DNA from: Ranitomeya imitator
Taxonomy: Eukaryota
DNA length: 64,000 bases
Direction: 5' to 3'
Assembly: GCF_032444005.1 (NCBI RefSeq)
Contig: NC_091285.1
Coordinates: 617,024,001-617,088,000 of the forward strand
The translations under genes were made by a program, and so were the position numbers. Position 1 is the first letter of the stretch. The number at the start of each line of letters is the position of its first letter. Shown here piece by piece: positions 38,797 to 50,200 of this stretch. Below the pieces are notes generated by a model, which saw only the letters and a program-made list of their open reading frames with translations, searched no databases and was not told the origin of the DNA.

Positions 38797-41240
38797 CATC
38801 CTGGGCCCCTTCCTGGTATATATGTCCTCCATTCTGGGCCCCTTCCAGGTATATAAGTCCGCCATCCTGGGCCCTTTCCTGGTATATATGTCCCCATCCT
38901 GGGCCCCTTCCTGGTATATATGTCCTCCATTCTGGGCCCCTTCCAGGTATATATGTCCTCCATCCTGGGCCCCTTCCTGGTATGTATGTCCTGTATCCTG
39001 GGCCCCTTCCTGGTACAATATGTCCTCCATGCTGGGCCCCTTCCTCTTATATATGTCCTCCATTCCGGGCCACTTCCTGGTATATATGTGCCAACCTGGG
39101 CTCCATTCCAGGTATATATGTCCTTCATCCTGGGCCCCTTCCTGGTATATATGTCCCCATCCTGGGCCCCTTCCTGGTATATATGTCCTCTATCCTGGGC
39201 CCCTTCCTGGTATATATGTCCTTCATCCTGGGCCCCTTCCTGGTATATATGTCCCCATCCTGGGCTACTTCCTGGTATATATGTCCTCCATCCTGGGCTC
39301 CTTCCTGGTATATATGTCCTCCATCCTGGGACCCTTCCTGGTATATATGTCCTCCATCCTGGGCCCCTTCCTGGTATATACAGTATGTCCTCCATCCTGG
39401 GTCCCTTCCTGGTATATATGTCCTCCAGCCTGGGCCCCTTCCTGGTATATATGTCCCCCATCCTGGGCCCCTTCCTGGTATATATGTCCTCCAGCCTGGG
39501 CTCCTTCCTGGTATATATGTCCTCCATCCTGGGCCCCTTCCTGGTATATATGTCCTCCATCCCGGGCCCCTTCCTGATATATATGTCCTCCATCCTGGGC
39601 CCCTTCCTGGTATATATGTCCTCCATACTGGGCCCCTTCCTGGTATATATGTCCTCCATCCTGGGCCCCTTCCTGGTATATATGTCCCCCATCCTGGGCC
39701 CCTTCCTGGTATATATGTCCTCCATCCTGGGCCCCTTCCTGGTATATATGTCCTCCATTCTGGGCCCCTTCCTGGTATATATGTCCTCCATCCTGGGCCC
39801 CTTCCTGGTATATATGTCATCCATCCTGGGCCCATTCCTGGTATATTTGTCCTCCATCCTGGGCCCCTTCCTGGTATATATGTCCTCCATTCTGGACCCC
39901 TTCCTGATATATATGTCCTCCATCCTGGACCCCTTCATGGTATATATGTCCTACATCCTGGGCTCCTTCCTTGTATATATGTCCCCATCCTGGGCCCCTT
40001 CCTGATATATATGTCCTCCATCTTGGGCCCCTTCATGGTATATATGTCCTCCATCCTGGGCCCCTTCCTGATATATATGTCCTCCATCCTGGGCCCCTTC
40101 CTGGTATATATGTCCTCATCCTGGGCCCCTTCCTGGTATATATGTCCTCCATCCCGGGCCCCTTCCTGATATATATGTCCTCCATCCTGGGCCCCTTCCT
40201 GGTATATATGTCCTCCATGCTGGGCCCCTTCCTGGTATATTATTATTATATATGTCCTCCATCCTGGGCCCCTTCCTGGTATATATGTCCCCCATCCTGG
40301 GCCCCTTCCTGGTATATATGTCCTCCATCCTGGGCCCCTTCCTGGTATATATGTCCTCCATTCTGGGCCCCTTCCTGGTATATATGTCCTCCATCCCCGG
40401 CCCCTTCCTGATATATATGTCCTCCATCCTGGGCCCCTTCCTGATATATATGTCCTCCATCTTGGGCCCCTTCATGGTATACATGTCCTACATCCTGGGT
40501 CCCTTCCTTGTATATATGTCCCCATCCAGGGCCTCTTCCTTGTATATATGTCCCCATCCTGGGCCCCTTCCTGGTATATATGTCCTCCATCCTGGGCTCT
40601 TTCCTGGTATATATGTCCTCCATCCTGGGCTCCTTCCTGGTATATATGTCCTCCTTCCTGGGCCCCTTCCTGGTATATATGTCATCCATCCTGGGCCTCT
40701 TCCTGGTACAGTATATCCTCCATCGTGGGCCCCTTCCTTGTATCTATGTCCCCCATCCTGGGCCCCTTCCTGGTGTATATGTCCTCCATCCTGGGCCCCT
40801 TCCTGGTACAGTATGTCCTCCATCCTAGGCCCCTTCCTGGTATTTATGTCCTCATCCTGGGCCCCTTCCTGGTATATATGTCCTCCATCCTGGGCCCCTT
40901 CCTGGTTTATATGTCTCCAACCTGGGCCCCTTCCAGGTATATATGTCCTCCATCCTGGGCCCCTTCCTGGTATATATGTCATCCATCCTGGGCCCATTCC
41001 TGGTATATTTGTCCTCCATCCTGGGCCCCTTCCTGGTATATATGTCCTCCATTCTGGGCCCCTTCCAGGTATATATGTCCTCCATCCTGGGCCCCTTCCT
41101 GGTATGTATGTCCTCCATCCTGGGCCCCTTCCTGGTACAATATGTCCTCCATGCTGGGCCCCTTCCTGGTATATATGTCCTCCATTCTGGGCCGCTTCCT
41201 GGTATATATGTCCCCATCCTGGGCCCCTTCCTGGTATATA
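38797..41240. repeat. 33-bp minisatellite, segment 2
   Basis: Same unit as 35283-36465; resumes at the TSD. Confidence 0.97.
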
Positions 41241-42847
41241 CAGTGGGGCAAAAAAGTATTTAGGCAGTCAGCAATAGTGCAAGTTCCACCACTTAAAAAG
41301 ATGAGAGGCGTCTGTAATTTACATCATAGGTAGACCTCAACTATGGGAGACAAACTGAGAAAAAAAAATCCAGAAAATCACATTGTCTGTTTTTTTAACA
41401 TTTTATTTGCATATTATGGTGGAAAATAAGTATTTGGTCAGAAACAAAATTTCATCTCAATACTTTGTAATATATCCTTTGTTGGCAATGACAGAGGTCA
41501 AACGTTTTCTGTAAGTCTTCACAAGGTTGCCACACACTGTTGTTGGTATGTTGGCACCATTCCTCCATGCAGATCTCCTCTAGAGCAGTGATGTTTTTGG
41601 CTTTTCGCTTGGCAACACGGACTTTCAACTCCCTCCAAAGGTTTTCTATAGGGTTGAGATCTGGAGACTGGCTAGGCCACTCCAGGACCTTGAAATGCTT
41701 CTTACGAAGCCACTCCTTCGTTGCCCTGGCGGTGTGCTTTGGATCATTGTCCTGTTGAAAGACCCAGCCACATTTCATCTTCAATGCCCTTGCTGATGGA
41801 AGAAGGTTTGCACTCAAAATCTCACGATACATGGCCCCATTCATTCTTTCATGTACCCGGATCAGTCGTCCTGGCCCCTTTGCAGAGAAACAGCCCCAAA
41901 GCATGATGTTTCCACCACCATGCTTTACAGTAGGTATGGTGTTTGATGGATGCAACTCAGTATTCTTTTTCCTCCAAACACGACAAGTTGTGTTTCTACC
42001 AAACAGTTCCAGTTTGGTTTCATCAGACCATAGGACATTCTCCCAAAACTCCTCTGGATCATCCAAATGCTCTCTAGCAAACTTCAGACGGGCCCGGACA
42101 TGTACTGGCTTAACCAGTGGGACACGTCTGGCACTGCAGGATCTAAGTCCATGGTGGCATAGTGTGTTACTTATGGTAGGCCTTATTACATTGGTCCCAG
42201 CTCTCTGCAGTTCATTCACTAGGTCCCCCCGCGTGGTTCTGGGATTTTTGCTCACCGTTCTTGTGATCATTCTGACCCCACGGGGTGGGATTTTGCGTGG
42301 AGCCCCAGATCGAGGGAGATTATCAGTGGTCTTGTATGTCTTCCATTTTCTAATTATTGCTCCCACTGTTGATTTCTTCACTCCAAGCTGGTTGGCTATT
42401 GCAGATTCAGTCTTCCCAGCCTGGTGCAGGGCTACAATTTTGTTTCTGGTGTCCTTTGACAGCTCTTTGGTCTTCACCATAGTGGAGTTTGGAGTCAGAC
42501 TGTTTGAGGGTGTGCACAGGTGTCTTTTTATACTGATAACAAGTTTAAACAGGTGCCATTACTACAGGTAATGAGTGGAGGAAAGAGGAGACTCTTAAAG
42601 AAGAAGTTACAGGTCTGTGAGAGCCAGAAATCTTGATTGTTTGTTTCTGACCAAATACTTATTTTCCACCATAATATGCAAATAAAATGATAAAAAAACA
42701 GACAATGTGATTTTCTGGATTTTTTTTTCTCAGTTTGTCTCCCATAGTTGAGGTTTACCTATGATGTAAATTACAGACGCCTCTCATCTTTTTAAGTGAT
42801 GGAACTTGCACTATTGCTGACTGACTAAATACTTTTTTGCCCCACTG
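41241..42847 (-). mobile_element. Tc1/mariner transposon, full length (1,607 bp), copy 1
   Basis: TA|CAGTGGGGCAAAAAAGTATTTAG ... CTAAATACTTTTTTGCCCCACTG|TA. TIRs are ~210 bp with outer and inner direct repeats. Inserted in the TATATA of a 33-bp unit. Confidence 0.97.
41452..42480 (-). CDS. Tc1-family DD34E transposase, 342-aa ORF with a frameshifted C-terminus (probably defective)
   Basis: N-terminal paired-like HTH with a GAPRK linker, WSDETK, QDNDPKH and SPDLNPIE; 34 residues between the second D and E. An extra A near 41556 replaces the expected [10 protein letters not shown]...GYITKY tail. Confidence 0.9.
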   Translation of the reverse strand: MVKTKELSKDTRNKIVALHQAGKTESAIANQLGVKKSTVGAIIRKWKTYKTTDNLPRSGAPRKIPPRGVRMITRTVSKNPRTTRGDLVNELQRAGTNVIRPTISNTLCHHGLRSCSARRVPLVKPVHVRARLKFAREHLDDPEEFWENVLWSDETKLELFGRNTTCRVWRKKNTELHPSNTIPTVKHGGGNIMLWGCFSAKGPGRLIRVHERMNGAMYREILSANLLPSARALKMKCGWVFQQDNDPKHTARATKEWLRKKHFKVLEWPSQSPDLNPIENLWRELKVRVAKRKAKNITALEEICMEEWCQHTNNSVWQPCEDLQKTFDLCHCQQRIYYKVLR

Positions 42848-43222
42848 TATGTCCTCCATGCTGGGCTCCTTCTTGGTATATATGTCCTCCATTCTGGGCC
42901 CCTTCCTGGTATGTATGTCCTCCATCCTGGGCCCCTTCCTGGTACAATATGTCCCCCATCCTGGGCCCCTTCCTGGTGTATATGTCCTCCATGCTGGGCC
43001 CCTTCCTGGTATATATGTCCTCCATTCTGGGCCGCTTCCTGGTATATATGTCCCCATCCTGGGCCCCTTCCTGGTATATACGTCCTCCATTCTGGGCCCC
43101 TACCTGGTATGTATGTCCTCCATCCAGGGCCCCTTCCTGGTACAATATGTCCTCTACCCTGGGCCCCTTCCTGGTATCTATATCCTCCATCCTGGGCCCC
43201 TTCCTGGTATATATGTCCCCCA
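42848..43222. repeat. 33-bp minisatellite, segment 3 (last remnant at ~44472-44535)
   Basis: Same unit resumes after the Tc1 TA duplication. Confidence 0.95.
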
Positions 43223-43234
43223 TTATGTTAAATA

Positions 43235-44471
43235 TAGTTGTGTGAAAGTATTTACCCCCTTCCTGACTTTCTATTCTTTTGCATGTCTGTCACACTTAAA
43301 AATTCAGGTCAATAACTGGCAACACTCAGGAGGAATTTTGGCCTATTCAAATTTATAGAATTGTAATTCAGCGACATTGGAGGGTTTCTGAGCATGAACC
43401 CCCTTTTTAAGGTCAATCCACAGTATCTCATTCAAATTAAGGTCAGAACTTTGACTTGGCCACTAGAGGTGGGTTTGTGGTGTTTTTTGGATCATTGTCC
43501 TGCTGCATAACCCAAGTGCTCTTCAGCTTGAGGTCCCGGACAGATGGCCAGACATTCTCTTTCAGGAATTTTTGGTAGGCAGCAGAATTCATGTTTCTTT
43601 TTACTGCAGCAAGTCTTCCAGCAGGAAAACAGCCCCAGACCATCACACTCCCACCACCATATTTTACAGTTGGTATGATGTTCCTTTTCTGAAATGCTGT
43701 TACTTCTACTGCTGTAATGGGACATACAACTTCCAAAAAGTTAATTGTTTGTCTTGTCAGTCCATAGAATTTTTCACCAAAAGTCTTGGGGATCATCAAG
43801 ATGTTTTCTGGTAAAAAAAGACTAGCCTTTATGTTCTTATTGCCCGCAGTGGTTTTGATTTTGGAATTCTACCATGCAGGCCATTTTTACCCAGTCTTTC
43901 TTATGGTGGCGTCATGAACACTCCTTAACTGCCTCACTTGCCTCAACTGAGGCAAGTGAGGCCTGTAGTTCTTTGGATATTGTTATAGGGTCTTTTGTGA
44001 CCTCTTGGTCCTGGGAAGGTTCACCGCTGTTCCATGATTTTGCCATTCACAAAGTCCCAAAGCTTTAAATATGACTTTATAACCTTTTCCAAATTGATGT
44101 CAATTTCTTTGCTTCTTGTTTGTTCCAGAATTTCTTTGGATCACGCCATGATGTTTCGCTTTTGAGGATCGTTCCATCTACTTCACTTTGTCAGGCAGGT
44201 CCTATTTAAGAGGTTTCTTGATTTGAGAACAGGTTCGCTTTCCAAAGATGTGATAAACTACAGTTAATGTAATGTTTTAAAGGGGGGGGCAATCACTTTT
44301 CACACAGGGCCCTGTAGGTTTGGATTTCTTCATTTAAAAACTGCATTTTATGTTTACTTGTGTTGTCTTTGTTTAATTTTTCAATTTGTTTGGTGATCTG
44401 AAATTTTTACGTGTGACAAACATGAAAAAGAATAGGACACCAGGAAGGAGGCAAACGTGTTCACACAGCTG
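43235..44471 (-). mobile_element. Frog Prince-like Tc1 element, internally deleted and decayed
   Basis: Ends TA|TAGTTGTGTGAAAGTATTTACCCCCTTCCTG and CAGGAAGGAGGCAAACGTGTTCACACAGCTG|TA. The minus-strand remnant reads NIIPTVKYGGGSVMVWGCF...LKENVWPSVRDLKLKSTWVMQQDNDPK. Confidence 0.88.
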
Positions 44472-44827
44472 TATGTCCCCATCCTGTGCCCCTGTCTGGT
44501 AAATATGTCCCCCCATCCTGCCCCTTTTCCTGGAAAACAAAAAACAAAATAAACCATTCTTCTCACATTCCCACAAAATGTGGTGTCCTCGTCTGTAACC
44601 AGCGCAGAGCCCGGCAATAGACTTCTGCTTGCCTGCAATGTATGATGTCACTGTCATGGGACAAAGGAAAAAGGGGCAATATCAGCTCACCCTTAAGAGA
44701 AGCACAAGATCGTGTGTCTGCCAGACGCCGAAGTTCCTTGTAGAGGAAGGAATGATCCAGCTTCAACCGATTTAAAATAAAGATTTTTTTGATTTGTTAA
44801 TCATATAAAAATTGCTGTTATCACATA

Positions 44828-46416
44828 CAGTGGGGCAAAAAAGTATTTAGTCAGTCAGCAATAGTGCAAGTTCCACCACTTAAAAAGATGAGAGGCGTCT
44901 GTAATTTACATCATAGGTAGACCTCTATTATGGGAGACAAACTGAGAAAAAAAATCCAGAAAATCACATTGTCTGGTTTTTTAACATTTTATTTGCATAT
45001 TATGGTGGAAAATAAGTATTTGGTCAGAAACAAACAATCAAGATTTCTGGCTCTCACAGACCTGTAACTTCTTCTTTAAGAGTCTCCTCTTTCCTCCACT
45101 CATTACCTGTAGTTTAAACTTGTTATCAGTATAAAAAGACACCTGTGCACACCCTCAAACAGTCTGACTCCAAACTCCACTATGGTGAAGACCAAAGAGC
45201 TGTCAAAGGACACCAGAAACAAAATTGTAGCCCTGCACCAGGCTGGGAAGACTGAATCTGCAATAGCCAACCAGCTTGGAGTGAAGAAATCAACAGTGGG
45301 AGCAATAATTAGAAAATGGAAGACATACAAGACCACTGATTATCTCCCTCGATCTGGGGCTCCACGCAAAATCCCACCCCATGGGGTCAGAATGATCACA
45401 AGAACGGTGAGCAAAAATCCCAGAACCATGCGGGGGGACCTAGTGAATGAACTGCAGAGAGCTGGGACCAATGTAACAAGGCCTACCATAAGTAACACAC
45501 TACGCCACCATGGACTCAGATCCTGCAGTGCCATACGTGTCCCACTGCTTAAGCCAGTACATGTCCGGGTCTGAAGTTTGCTAGAGAGCATTTGGATGAT
45601 CCAGAGGAGTTTTGGGAGAATGTCCTATGGTCTGATGAAACCAAACTGGAACTGTTTGGTAGAAACACAACTTGTCGTGTTTGGAGGAAAAAGAATACTG
45701 AGTTGCATCCATCAAACACCATACCTACTGTAAAGCATGGTGGTGGAAACATCATGCTTTGGGGCTGTTTCTCTGCAAAGGGGCCAGGACGACTGATCCG
45801 GGTACATGAAAGTATGAATGGGGCCATGTATCGTGAGATTTTGAGTGCAAACCTCCTTCCATCAGCAAGGGCATTGAAGATGAAACGTGGCTGGGTCTTT
45901 CAACATGACAATGATCCAAAGCACACCGCCAGGGCAACGAAGGAGTGGCTTCGTAAGAAGCATTTCAAGGTCCTGGAGTGGCCTAGCCAGTCTCCAGATC
46001 TCAACCCTATAGAAAACCTTTGGAGGGAGTTGAAAGTCCGTGTTGCCAAGCGAAAAGCCAAAAACAACACTGCTCTAGAGGAGATCTGCATGGAGGAATG
46101 AGCCAACATACCAACAACAGTGTGTGGCAACCTTGTGAAGACTTACAGAAAACGTTTGACCTCTGTCATTGCCAACAAAGGATATATTACAAAGTATTGA
46201 GATGAAATTTTGTTTCTGACCAAATACTTATTTTCCACCATAATATGCAAATAAATTGTTAAAAAAACAGACAATGTGATTTTCTGGATTTTTTTTTCTC
46301 AGTTTGTCTCCCATAGTTGAGGTCTACCTATGATGTAAATTACAGACGCCTCTCATCTTTTTAAGTGGTGGAACTTGCACTATTGCTGACTGACTAAATA
46401 CTTTTTTGCCCCACTG
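44828..46416 (+). mobile_element. Tc1/mariner transposon, full length (1,589 bp), copy 2, same family as copy 1
   Basis: TA|CAGTGGGGCAAAAAAGTATTTAGTCAG ... TTTTTTGCCCCACTG|TA; near-identical to 41241-42847 in the opposite orientation. Confidence 0.97.
45182..46200 (+). pseudogene. Tc1 transposase pseudogene
   Basis: Starts [11 protein letters not shown] 4-bp deletion near 45569 (GTCCGGGTCTGAAG vs GTCCGGGCCCGTCTGAAG in copy 1) and a premature TGA at 46099-46101 (W codon) disrupt it. The native end AAGTATTGA is at 46200. Confidence 0.93.
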
Positions 46417-47099
46417 TATATGGCCGGAATCATCCGGCGAGAGGGTGGTGAAAAAACACTGAAAAATGTTTTTTTTAATTTTATCGGTTGAAGCTGGATC
46501 ATTCCTTCCTCTACAACAGTCAAGGGACACCAATACCTGGCACGTGACATCAGCTGCAAGGCTTTGATTGGCCAGTGGCATACATTGCAATACAATGCAC
46601 CTCAGTTGGATGTGCTTTGTTCGGCCATGCATCCAGCTGAAGTAGGAGCTGGCATCTGTGGGCCAAACCACCCGCACAGGTCGGTTTGCGGTCACACTTT
46701 CTGCAACCACGATTGTTACGCACCTGCTAGTATATTTTCTCTAGAAATCCATGACAAAATGGCTGTATAATCTAATTTTTGATACCAGGTGGTAAAATTA
46801 AAGAAAACAAAGAAAATGACTGTGCAGAAATTAATCCATGCCATAGTGGTCACGTCTCCTGCAATGTGGGCGCACGCGTGATGACATAGAAGGAACTGAT
46901 TGTGCACTCCAAACTGGAGCGCGTCACAATGATATGACGTCACTTCCTGGTAGTGTATGCTGTGTCACTTCCTGATAGTGACCAATGTCACTTCCTAATA
47001 TATGCGTTCCACAGTGTAATGCATACCGCCGCGTCACTTCCGCCATTATGAGGAGTAGCATTACCTCCAATGTCTTATATGCAAGTTATTGTGTCCCCA

Positions 47100-48387
47100 C
47101 GTTGAAAGCAAGACATTGTTTCAAGGGAAAACTTTTTAAAAATAGTTAAGGTATATTTGCACGATGTCATAGAGAGAGCAGACATAAGTATTATGATTTG
47201 GAGGCGCTGGCAAGTTTATTGTCTGATCGTGTCTTTAGCATGGCAGGGGGTTGTCATCGCAGACAGGCACATACGCCTATCCACAGTCAATGTCTGCAAA
47301 CTCACTTCCATTAAAATGAACCAAGCTTGGTAACAAAGGACTGGTCCATACCTTTGGCTGACTAGACAACAACACCAGCTGCACCCAGCCATGGTTAGGC
47401 TATTTGTTATTCCTTTATGTTTGTTCCCCCCCCCATAAAAAATAAATAAAATTAAAAACGATGTTGGCTATGTCCTCCACCGCCTCTGTGACATCCACCT
47501 CCACTTCCTCCTCATCCTCCACTTGGACCTTGGCCTCCTGGTTCAAGTACAAGATAAAACTTTGTTTTTGTATTTAATTTCTGCTATATTTATTAGTTCC
47601 CCTTAAAAAAAATTTGTTTTAAAAGTATCTCCTACTTGGACTCTTATACATATATCACAACATGTACCTACTCCTCGGCTTGGAACTCGGCTTCCTGGTT
47701 CAAGTTTTTTTTTTTTTTAAGTCAGTGGCCTATCCCCATTTGTATAGTGGTGCAAGAACATTTGTCCAACCCGAACTCCCCCTTACAACAGAACCCATTT
47801 AAGTAATTTCCTTATCCGCATTTCTTTGCTGGGCAATTGTCCTGCTCTTACCCCCATTTTAATTCCTTTAGCTGCAGCCTGCCCCTTACTACCACCATTT
47901 TATAGCATAAAATTTCCGGACTTGATTGCCTCTATTTTTAATAATCTTCTGTGGGGTTATTGTTCCCCATGCTCTGGGGCTGAAATGTTTTATCTTCTGG
48001 TTGTGCACCATGCCCTGTGGGTGACATTTTTAACTACACTGGTGGTAGCAAACCTTAGTCTTTGTGAGGGCACTGTTAACATTTTTGTTATTCATTTTCT
48101 TCCCATTTTACTTTGATTACTATGGTGACACTTTTAAGTCATTTTCCTATCCACATTAGTTTGTAGAGCATTTGCCCTGCTCTTATCCCCCATTTTTCTT
48201 TTTTTACAGCCCCTCTAACCCTTACTACAACCATTTTATAGTCATTTTACAGCTCGGAAGTTCGGGTCCCCATTGACTTAATTGGTGTCTGGGGTCAAGT
48301 TTAGGTCAAGTTCGAGACCCAAACAGACTTTTAAAAACAAGTTCACCAGATCCAGCTGAACACCGATATCCATTAGCTCATGTCTAA
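47100..48387 (+). mobile_element. 3' part of a decayed hAT transposon (left boundary approximate)
   Basis: hAT dimerisation-domain remnant at ~47205-47335, internal short tandem duplications, GTTCGG-type subterminal motifs, and terminus GCTCATGTCTA (TAGAGATGAGC-type TIR). Confidence 0.6.
47205..47335 (+). pseudogene. hAT transposase C-terminal dimerisation-domain remnant
   Basis: With one frameshift it reads LASLLSDRVFSMAG-VIADRHIRLSTVNVCKLTSIKMNQAW*, matching the hAT SER.FS.AG motif. Confidence 0.7.
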
Positions 48388-49049
48388 ATATGACCTATCA
48401 GGGACCTGACATAGATATCCCCTGTCCTGGTACCTCTCGTATAATTTATCAGAGTTTTTTTAAACACTCTATTTTCAGAGCAGTCGATGTGGGGGAACTG
48501 ACCTTTTGTGCATTCCCTTCTTAAGTGGGAAAAGATGGTGGCTATAACAATTTAAGTAAACTGCTTGTGGCAGTATGTTTTCGGTATGCGCATGTTCTAA
48601 TACTCCCATCTCCTTTTAAATCATAAGATCAAGGAAAATAATGTTATGACTATGGCTTTCAAAAGTGAATCTTGGGCCAGTTATGAACTGCCAAAACCCA
48701 GCCTCTGGGCCAGACCAAAAAATGAGGATATCTGGCCAATAGGCTAATACATGACAACACCTGTCTTTCCCTCCCCCCCAAAAAAATCAACGTTTCCTCC
48801 CACTATCCCAGAAGCAAATTAACGTGTGTGGGGGCACACAGACCCCCATCGCAGTGCCCCTGAGCTGGTGGAAGTACGTCCCATCAAGGAGGAAGTAATT
48901 TCTTGTAAGAGTGAAGTTGAGAAGTTCCTCACTCCACCATAAATGACACTCAGATATAAAATCTCACATTTTTATGAGCTTTACTATTTTTTGATCATAT
49001 GCCAGCAGATATTGCTGTTCATTAGGTTCGGTCCTAACAATTGCTTATA

Positions 49050-49710
49050 TTTTACCCACCATACATTTTCTTGGTCACGTTGAGAAACATTCGATATAAA
49101 ACAGGCTAATTTGCGAATCCCATCGCCTCTTTTGTGAAGGACACTCACACGTGGCTTTGGTTTTCTTCTATTAAATATAATTTTTCATTCTTCAATGCTA
49201 TTTTTTTTTTTAGTAAAATGAAATAGAATTTCCAATGTTACAACACTTAGCGGCGCGCCGGCTGGTGAGAAGTGTGACCCAGACGCACAATATCTAAATG
49301 TTAATGTCTGTATGAATGAGCCCAATCTCTTTGTGCCTGTGACTCAGCAGCTGCACAGAATTATCCCCGAATGTCGGAACATTGCAGAACGCTGTTAATA
49401 CGGAAACTGTCAGATATTTCCTGATGGAAATCAGCGGAGGGAACCTACAAATTAATATCCAAATAACATCCAGCTTGACAAACAGCAGTTGTGCGTCATT
49501 ATCATACTGTGTGTATTGTGTGGCACAAGTCAAACAACGCAAAGTCTCTCAGGCTTTGAGATAAAACTTAACAGACCGAGTTTTTTTGGCATAATAGATA
49601 GCGCCCGATTCATGTCGGCAGTATGTAGACGTGCCCGCGAGACTGTTTACTCCTCTTTATGTGCCATTTTATTTTTCTTACATGAAATAAACTGTTATTA
49701 TAAATAAAAA
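49050..49710. promoter_or_regulatory. Candidate conserved non-coding element / enhancer
   Basis: Unique sequence with no TE hallmark, CpG retained, dense TAAT/TTAAT, TGACA and CTGTCA motifs. Inference only. Confidence 0.3.
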
Positions 49711-49830
49711 TGAAAAGTGTGGAGATAAAGAATAGTGGTATTTGGGTGTAGAGCAGATGAAGACATGGCTGGGAAATAGAGAGGGGGTACCAGGACATGC
49801 AAGGGGGCCTTCACCACCCTCCCTACTTAA

Positions 49831-50200
49831 AGGGAACTTATCACTTTTACTCAAAGATGCTGTCTCATGAAGATTCTTTAATAAAACTGTGTGTGAGTGC
49901 ATTAATATACTCCCCTACCTCTGGTCTTCTCTTCTTCTCAGTGACGTCACCACCCTTCAGACTCTCCGGATCACTCTATGATCTGAATTGGAGCTGGAAG
50001 TCTCTTTTACAATGTAAGCCTTGTTCTGATGTTCCATGGACTTACATTTTAAAAGCCACTTACAGGCCAAGGAGAACGCAGCATGTCCCAGAGAGTACGA
50101 AGAGAAGTGACGTCACTGAGAAGAGGAGAAGACCGGCGCTGGACACTGGAGAAGGCTGACGTAGGTGAGCATAATAACACTCTTACTAAACTAGGTGCAT
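49831..50200. mobile_element. T2/Kolobok-type MITE, right end missing
   Basis: Starts TTAA|AGGGAACTTATCA. Internal inverted arms GGTCTTCTCTTCTTCTCAGTGACGTCAC / GTGACGTCACTGAGAAGAGGAGAAGACC. Confidence 0.6.

Larger units (their letters stand above)
35114..46726. mobile_element. Non-autonomous hAT-type element (11,613 bp) containing a 33-bp minisatellite and four nested transposons
   Basis: Left end CAGAGTCGTAAC; right end (reverse complement) CAGGTGCGTAAC, 9/12. 8-bp TSD CTAGTGTA (35106-35113) / CTAGTATA (46727-46734), 7/8. Confidence 0.7.

Noticed and set aside
40230-40252. TATTATTA insertion in a 33-mer as a transposon footprint
   Set aside because: It contains no TIR-derived bases and is better explained by slippage.
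41540-42571. Plus-strand ORFs (up to 246 aa) over Tc1 copy 1, and equivalents over copy 2
   Set aside because: Antisense shadows of the transposase gene.
35284-43358. 300-400-aa ORFs on both strands (MEDIYTRKGPR, MSSILGPFLVY repeats)
   Set aside because: The unit is 33 bp and stop-free in several frames. Long ORFs overlap on both strands and break at every 32-bp variant, which indicates no coding selection.
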